Below, piece by piece: positions 46,150 through 51,115 of a stretch of 51,115 bases of DNA (the first letter of the stretch is position 1; each line of letters begins with the position of its first letter). The position numbers were made by a program, and so were the translations under genes. A model generated the notes under the pieces. It was not told where the DNA came from. It searched no databases and worked only from the letters and a program-made list of their open reading frames with translations. Source of the stretch: Octopus bimaculoides (taxonomy: Eukaryota); the NCBI RefSeq assembly GCF_001194135.2, contig NC_068992.1:17353663-17404777 (forward strand), written 5' to 3'.

Positions 46150-47415
46150 GATTAGGGAAACAAGACTTTGCTGACATGAGAGGTTAGAGCATCCATTCTG
46201 CTACTTTTGTTTATGGATAAAACATATGTCTTCCTTTAACTTTCTGGGAAATTTCCCAGTTGTGAGGAAGCTTTGAAAGATAATCTGTAATGGTCTTTGC
46301 TAGAGCCCCTTTAGGAGGATTGCTGAGAATCCATCAGGGCCAGTGGCTGAGTTTAAGATCATTTCATCAATGGCTGATAGTATATCAGTTTCCTCTATAT
46401 TTTGATGTTACTAATACTTGCCATCTCCCTGTGTAAAGCTGTAGTGCCAAAGAACTCATTATTGTTATTTGCAAGTATCCTAAAGGAGTTTTGGAAACAC
46501 TTTTGTATTGCACATTCAGTATTTCACTTATCATCTGGGGGTCTACAGTCAGTGGGCCATTTCCTTCAAACAGTGGCCCTATTTTGTACTGTACTGAAGT
46601 AGATTCTTACAAATCTATAGAAGGCTTTAGGTTTGTCTTTATATTTTTTAAAGCCATGACTTCCTTCTCATGGGAGTGTTTGAGTTCACTTTCAATTTCA
46701 AGCAGTGTTTGTTTAAGGTAGGTTTCTTTGTTATCCTTTAGTGACCCACTTAGTTTGAAATTTTTACTCATTGTCTCATTAGAATCTTTCTTTCTCTGTG
46801 AATAATGTTCTGTTGGTTTGATATTCTCTCTAGAGCAAACTTACTCCATATACCATGCATGATAGTCATACGGTTCTGTAGCTTTATGTCAATATCTTGC
46901 TTAGACTTGTAGACCAGTTTTTGTTCCATGACCTCTTTCTCAATACCCTTCCAATCAGTTCTATGAAAGTTCAGGCTGGAAAAGAGTTGGATGCATCTAG
47001 TAGCCTGCATATCTGTAGTTCTCTGTGGACTATACATTGTTAGTTCTACAAAGTTATGGTCCGAGAAAATCGTTGGTGTCACCATAACATTATGGATGAG
47101 TGCACATTATTTGTGAAGCAGAAGTCCAGGACATTTTTACCTATTGTTGGGTGACACATTATTTGCTCCATAATGAGCATGTCTGTGAGGTCAAGCAGAG
47201 CCTTTGCTTGTCTCTGTTCATGCAGTCACATACCTGAGAGAAGGCAGCTCTTGGGCCATTCGACATTAGGGAGGCTGAAATCTCTTAGACAAAGTATATG
47301 AAGGCCGTCATCAAGGTTGGTTAATACTCCTTCCATCTTTTTGAGGCTCTCTTTGAATGAGACACTATGATTTGGAGCATCTGGTGGGCAATATCTAGTA
47401 CACATTACCATTTTG
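46150..47415 (-). mobile_element. CR1-group LINE ORF2 remnant (endonuclease to start of RT)
   Basis: YCPPD...DFSLPNVEW, KALLDLTDMLIMEQIMCHPTIGKNVLDFCFTNN, SDHNFV, NFHRTDWKGI and IEETDILSAIDEMILNSATGPDGFSAILLK, with multiple frameshifts. Confidence 0.88.
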
Positions 47416-47614
47416 GTCTGTTTAATGTGTACTACCAGAGTGTCACAAACTGATTCTGAGTGTGACAGCAGGACTACAGACGTGACATCTCACCAGGTGT
47501 ACATAGCCATTCTACCTTAAGTTCTTTCCCTCCTATCAGCTCAAAATACAGCATACTTTGGTATGTGTATCTAAACATCTGATATGTTTCTCTTAGTGCC
47601 ATTCATGTTGCTTG

Positions 47615-47800
47615 ATTACAAGGGCCTCACAGAGGCAATGACAAGGGACCGAGATCTTGGCAATATGCTGTGTTTGAGGAGGCTCATCAGGTCAAGTGTA
47701 ACTGTAGTCATGACCATTACCAATGTCATGTAAATGGTACCCGTGAAATCGTAGTCATGGCTGTTGCTGGTGTCAACCATTTTTGTCATGCTCATACAAA
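47615..47800 (+). mobile_element. RTE LINE 3' fragment, degenerate
   Basis: GGCCTCACAGAGGCAATGACAAGGGACCGAGATCTT aligns to the GLTEAMTSDRDL region at 30415-30490. Confidence 0.7.
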
Positions 47801-48524
47801 TGGACAAGCTACAATATAAACAAGACTTCTATGTATGTCAAGGCCTCTTACGCTCTCTGTACAATTTAACTATCCAAGCTTCGTTGGTGTTTCTAGTTGT
47901 TGCATAAAGCATAAAAGAAGTCTAGTATTGTACAAAACTATGACTGAATTATTTTACTTGCTTTTTCTTTTAACTTCCTTTATTGAATAATCCTCCCAGC
48001 ATGTAACCACTGCAACATAGCTTGAAACTTCCATTGTACACACACAGGCTATTTTCCATGAATCGATGCCACAAAGGAAATATTTTCACACCCACCTAAC
48101 AGGTTTTTAACAATTTGATTGCAAAAGTAAAATTTAAAAATTAATTAAAATCAAACTAATCTTTGTACTTTTGAAAGGAAACAATAACTGTTTGGTTTGA
48201 GTAACATTGTAAAACATTGTAAACTGAGTTGTCACATGAAAACTACATTACATTAAAAAATAACAATTCAACAAAGCAGGTGTTCACATAACAAAAAAAT
48301 AATGATAAATGTTTAAAGATGACTAAATTCCAGGCTGAATATCATCATTTTAAAAACCACTTTTCCACACTTGCATGAATCAGACGGTGTTTACTGAAGT
48401 AGATTTTCTATGGTCAGGTGCTCTTGCTGTTGCCAACTCTTCACCTGTTTCCAAGTAAGGTAATATCTGTATGACAATGACACTCACCTACAACCCTCAT
48501 ATGATGACAAATCAAAGACACACA

Positions 48525-48660
48525 CACACCATTCACAAGTCTTTGGTCAGCCTGAGGTTATAGAAGAAGACACCAACCCAAGGTGCCATGAAGTGGGACT
48601 GAACCTGAGACAATATGGTTCGAAAACAAGCTTTTTAACCATATAGTGAAGCTTGTGCCC
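48525..48660 (-). mobile_element. SINE family A head
   Basis: ATTCACAAGTCTTTGGTCAGCC...CCCAAGGTGCCATG..GTGGGACTGAACC. Confidence 0.75.
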
Positions 48661-49450
48661 ACAACCATGTGTGTATGTGCATGAATGTTAGCATTCAAAG
48701 CACCTACACTTGATACACTTTAAACATAAACAGTGATGTGCTGAGGTCTCCCACAAACAATGCCCTGTAAATAGTAGGACAAGTGAAATAAAAAAAAAAC
48801 AGAACCCCTTCCTTGAAAACTGGGAGATTTGTCCCCTAAACAGTATCTGTTAGTACAAGAACCAACAAAACTTCTTTTTATAATGACACCACTTCTGGGA
48901 TTTAAAAAAAATTTGTTCATGAAGCACATGCATAATATATTGTATCACAGATATAAAAATAGTCCAGTAATATGTCAGCTAACATGATTTCTATCACCAG
49001 CAATGCTTGTGCAAGTAAAAATCAAACATATCATCCAGGTTTCAGTTCCAGAAAGTAATACATTAGAAGCAAAATCAAAGTATTGTCTGAAAAACACCTT
49101 AAAATTGTGCAACCCAACCTATTTTAGCTGTGAAAAAGAGTTGTTGAATGAAAAACATAGTTTATTTGGTAAATGGATAATAAGCACCTTTCTTTATTAT
49201 AATACACATGTGACTAATTCGGAGAAACATTACTTTCATTATTCACACATCAGCATTCTTGTAATGTAACACTTTGTAATTTTGGTTCAAATTGAAAGTG
49301 TGAAACTATTTTCATTTTGTAATGAAACTTGGGGTTGTTGTAGAGAAGTGTATTTGAAATAAGTATAGCTGGTTATTGAGATAACGTAGAAAATATGTAA
49401 ATGAAAATATAAAGTTTATTTGACATGTGTAATTGATCTGATTGTTCTGG

Positions 49451-49665
49451 AAGGCGGTGAGCTCGCAGAATCATTAGCATACCAGGCAAAATATTCGAGC
49501 AGTATTTCGCCTGTCTTTACATTCTGAGTTCAAATGCTGCTAGGGGTCAACTTAGCCTTTCATCTTTTCAGGGTCAATAATTAAGTACCAGTGAGACACT
49601 GGAATCAATGAAATCGACTGGTCTCCTCTCTTGAAATTTCAGGCCTTGTGCCTAAAGTAGAAAGG
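49451..49665 (+). mobile_element. SINE family B
   Basis: GAAGGCGGTGAGCTCGCAGAATCATTAGC...GCCTTTCATCTTTTCAGGGTCAAT...AAGTACCAGTGAGACACTGG...GGCCTTGTGCCTAAAGTAG. Confidence 0.82.
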
Positions 49666-49713
49666 ATTTGATTGTTCTGGTCTTAACATCATTTGGTAAG
49701 AATAGAAGTCATT

Positions 49714-49974
49714 TCATGACATCCTTTTGTTTGTAATTGGCTCTCCTGTTGCAGGTTCAATCCTAGGAGTATTGAAATAAAACCCATCTTGTCCATTCCA
49801 CAGAATAATATTATAGTGGAGAGTATCATAAGAGGGATGAGTCTGTAAAACACGTTTAAGGTTGTTATCTTGAAAACGAATGAGAGGATCATGATTTTCA
49901 GTGGGATCACCAACTATAACGATGGCTACTTCATAAGATGTGGGCTTATTAAAACGGTGTAAAATGTTCTTCAC
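49714..49974 (-). mobile_element. Helitron Rep/helicase ORF fragment
   Basis: HRFNKPTSYEVAIVIVGD...DNNLKRVLQTHPSYDTLHYNIILWNGQDGFYF resembles the conserved Helitron FNxPTxxEVA...HRSYDxLQYP...GEDG block upstream of the Rep domain. Confidence 0.8.
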
Positions 49975-50749
49975 TATAGCTTACTATAAACATAACGAAC
50001 GCAGAAACACGCACATACACACTCATGGAATTGATAATATTCAAAACAGCAAAACATACACACACGAAGTTCAAGCAAAACGGAATGTACTCAATATAGG
50101 TGCAAAACATACTTTCTGTAGCATGGTTATGCTATAAAAAGATGGAAAGTCACCAATTTAGCAGGTTAGTACACGTTACCAATGTAAGAGAGTACAGAAA
50201 ATCAACATTTATTTGGAACATGTACTAAATGCTATAAAATTCACGATTGAATGAAGGTCAAGGTGAAGAAAATGAAAGTCCTAGAAAATTCAGAAGGCAT
50301 AATTCCATTTTGCATACAAAAATAATTTATTTTACAAATCTGAAACGAATGCTGAACAAGGTGAATAAAAAAGGAAGATGTTGTTTTTGAAATACTGAAT
50401 CAAGCGACATTGACACTCACAGCAGGAGTGGAATAACATTTCTGCAATAATAACTGAAAGAGCTGCTGAGGCTTTCTACTTTGACAAGTTTCTGAATTTG
50501 TTATAATAACCAGAATAATATTCTTTTTGTTTTTTTCTTCAGATATATATTCTAGTGTTGTGAGTGGTGTTAAATCAGCCAAATCTTCATGTTGGCAGGA
50601 CTTGGAACTGAACAATATCGGCACATTTCACTGTTGGGGTTGGGTGGGGAGCAGAGAAGTTACATAAACTAAGAGATATACATACATATACACATACATA
50701 TACATACATAGACATATATACATACATTCATACAAATATATACATATAT

Positions 50750-51115
50750 ATATGGTGGTTGTCTACTCCTTACACAGAGGCGTCTGATGTGGCTTTTTAA
50801 ACCAGACAATGTTTTGAAAAAACACCCACACAGATTACACCTCTGATTTGTACTACCAATACCTGCAGGTAAGTTCTGCTCATTGTGGATCCTAACATGT
50901 CTTTTAAGACCCCCATTGGATTTGCAAGCCCTCTGGCACACACCACATTCAAACGTGTGCACAGACATATAATCAGAATAGCTGGCTGAAGTTTGTTTTC
51001 CATGGGTTCGCAGGTGAGATTTGAGGCCAACCAAAGACAGACATGGTCTGTCACAGACTGTGCACACAAAAAGGTCCTTGTCATTCACCTTCTTGATCTT
51101 TACATTTTTCCTTAA
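50750..51115 (-). mobile_element. RTE-type LINE ORF2 C-terminus with three C2H2 zinc fingers (copy 2, runs off the window edge)
   Basis: Open frame LRKNVKIKKVNDKDLFVCTVCDRPCLSLVGLKSHLRTH...CGVCQRACKSNGGLKRHVRIH...CNLCGCFFKTLSGLKSHIRR. Homologous to copy 1 and ends in a (TA/TG)n tail. Confidence 0.8.

Noticed and set aside
50669-51088. Stand-alone C2H2 zinc-finger gene
   Set aside because: It lacks TGEKP linkers, its sister copy is preceded by the RTE post-RT helix, and it ends in a microsatellite tail; it is better explained as a LINE end.

Overview
AT-rich, repeat-dense eukaryotic DNA from a gapped draft scaffold with ten N-runs. The SINE, LINE and microsatellite content resembles an Octopus (cephalopod) genome; this is inferred from recalled repeat families, not a database search. 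The only well-supported gene is an ANKRD10-like ankyrin-repeat gene on the minus strand. Three internal coding exons were read directly with GT-AG boundaries and consistent phases (41378-41214, 39898-39807, 32769-32486). A candidate last coding exon lies at 891-701, and the first exon was not found and probably lies beyond the right edge. The rest is mostly intronic: several tRNA-derived SINE families, fragments of RTE and CR1 LINEs, a Tc1/mariner remnant, a Helitron remnant, hAT- and piggyBac-type MITEs, minisatellites and microsatellites. There is no CRISPR array, rRNA or intact tRNA gene, and most ORF-track entries are microsatellite, N-run or antisense noise. The most notable observations are (i) five long fold-back hairpins plus a 195-bp inverted duplication within about 9 kb of one intron, (ii) two copies of an RTE LINE whose ORF2 ends in three C2H2 zinc fingers, and (iii) one approximately 17-20-bp core from an RTE 3' UTR amplified into 65-, 26- and 24/48-bp tandem arrays. 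I found no clearly novel protein-coding system.
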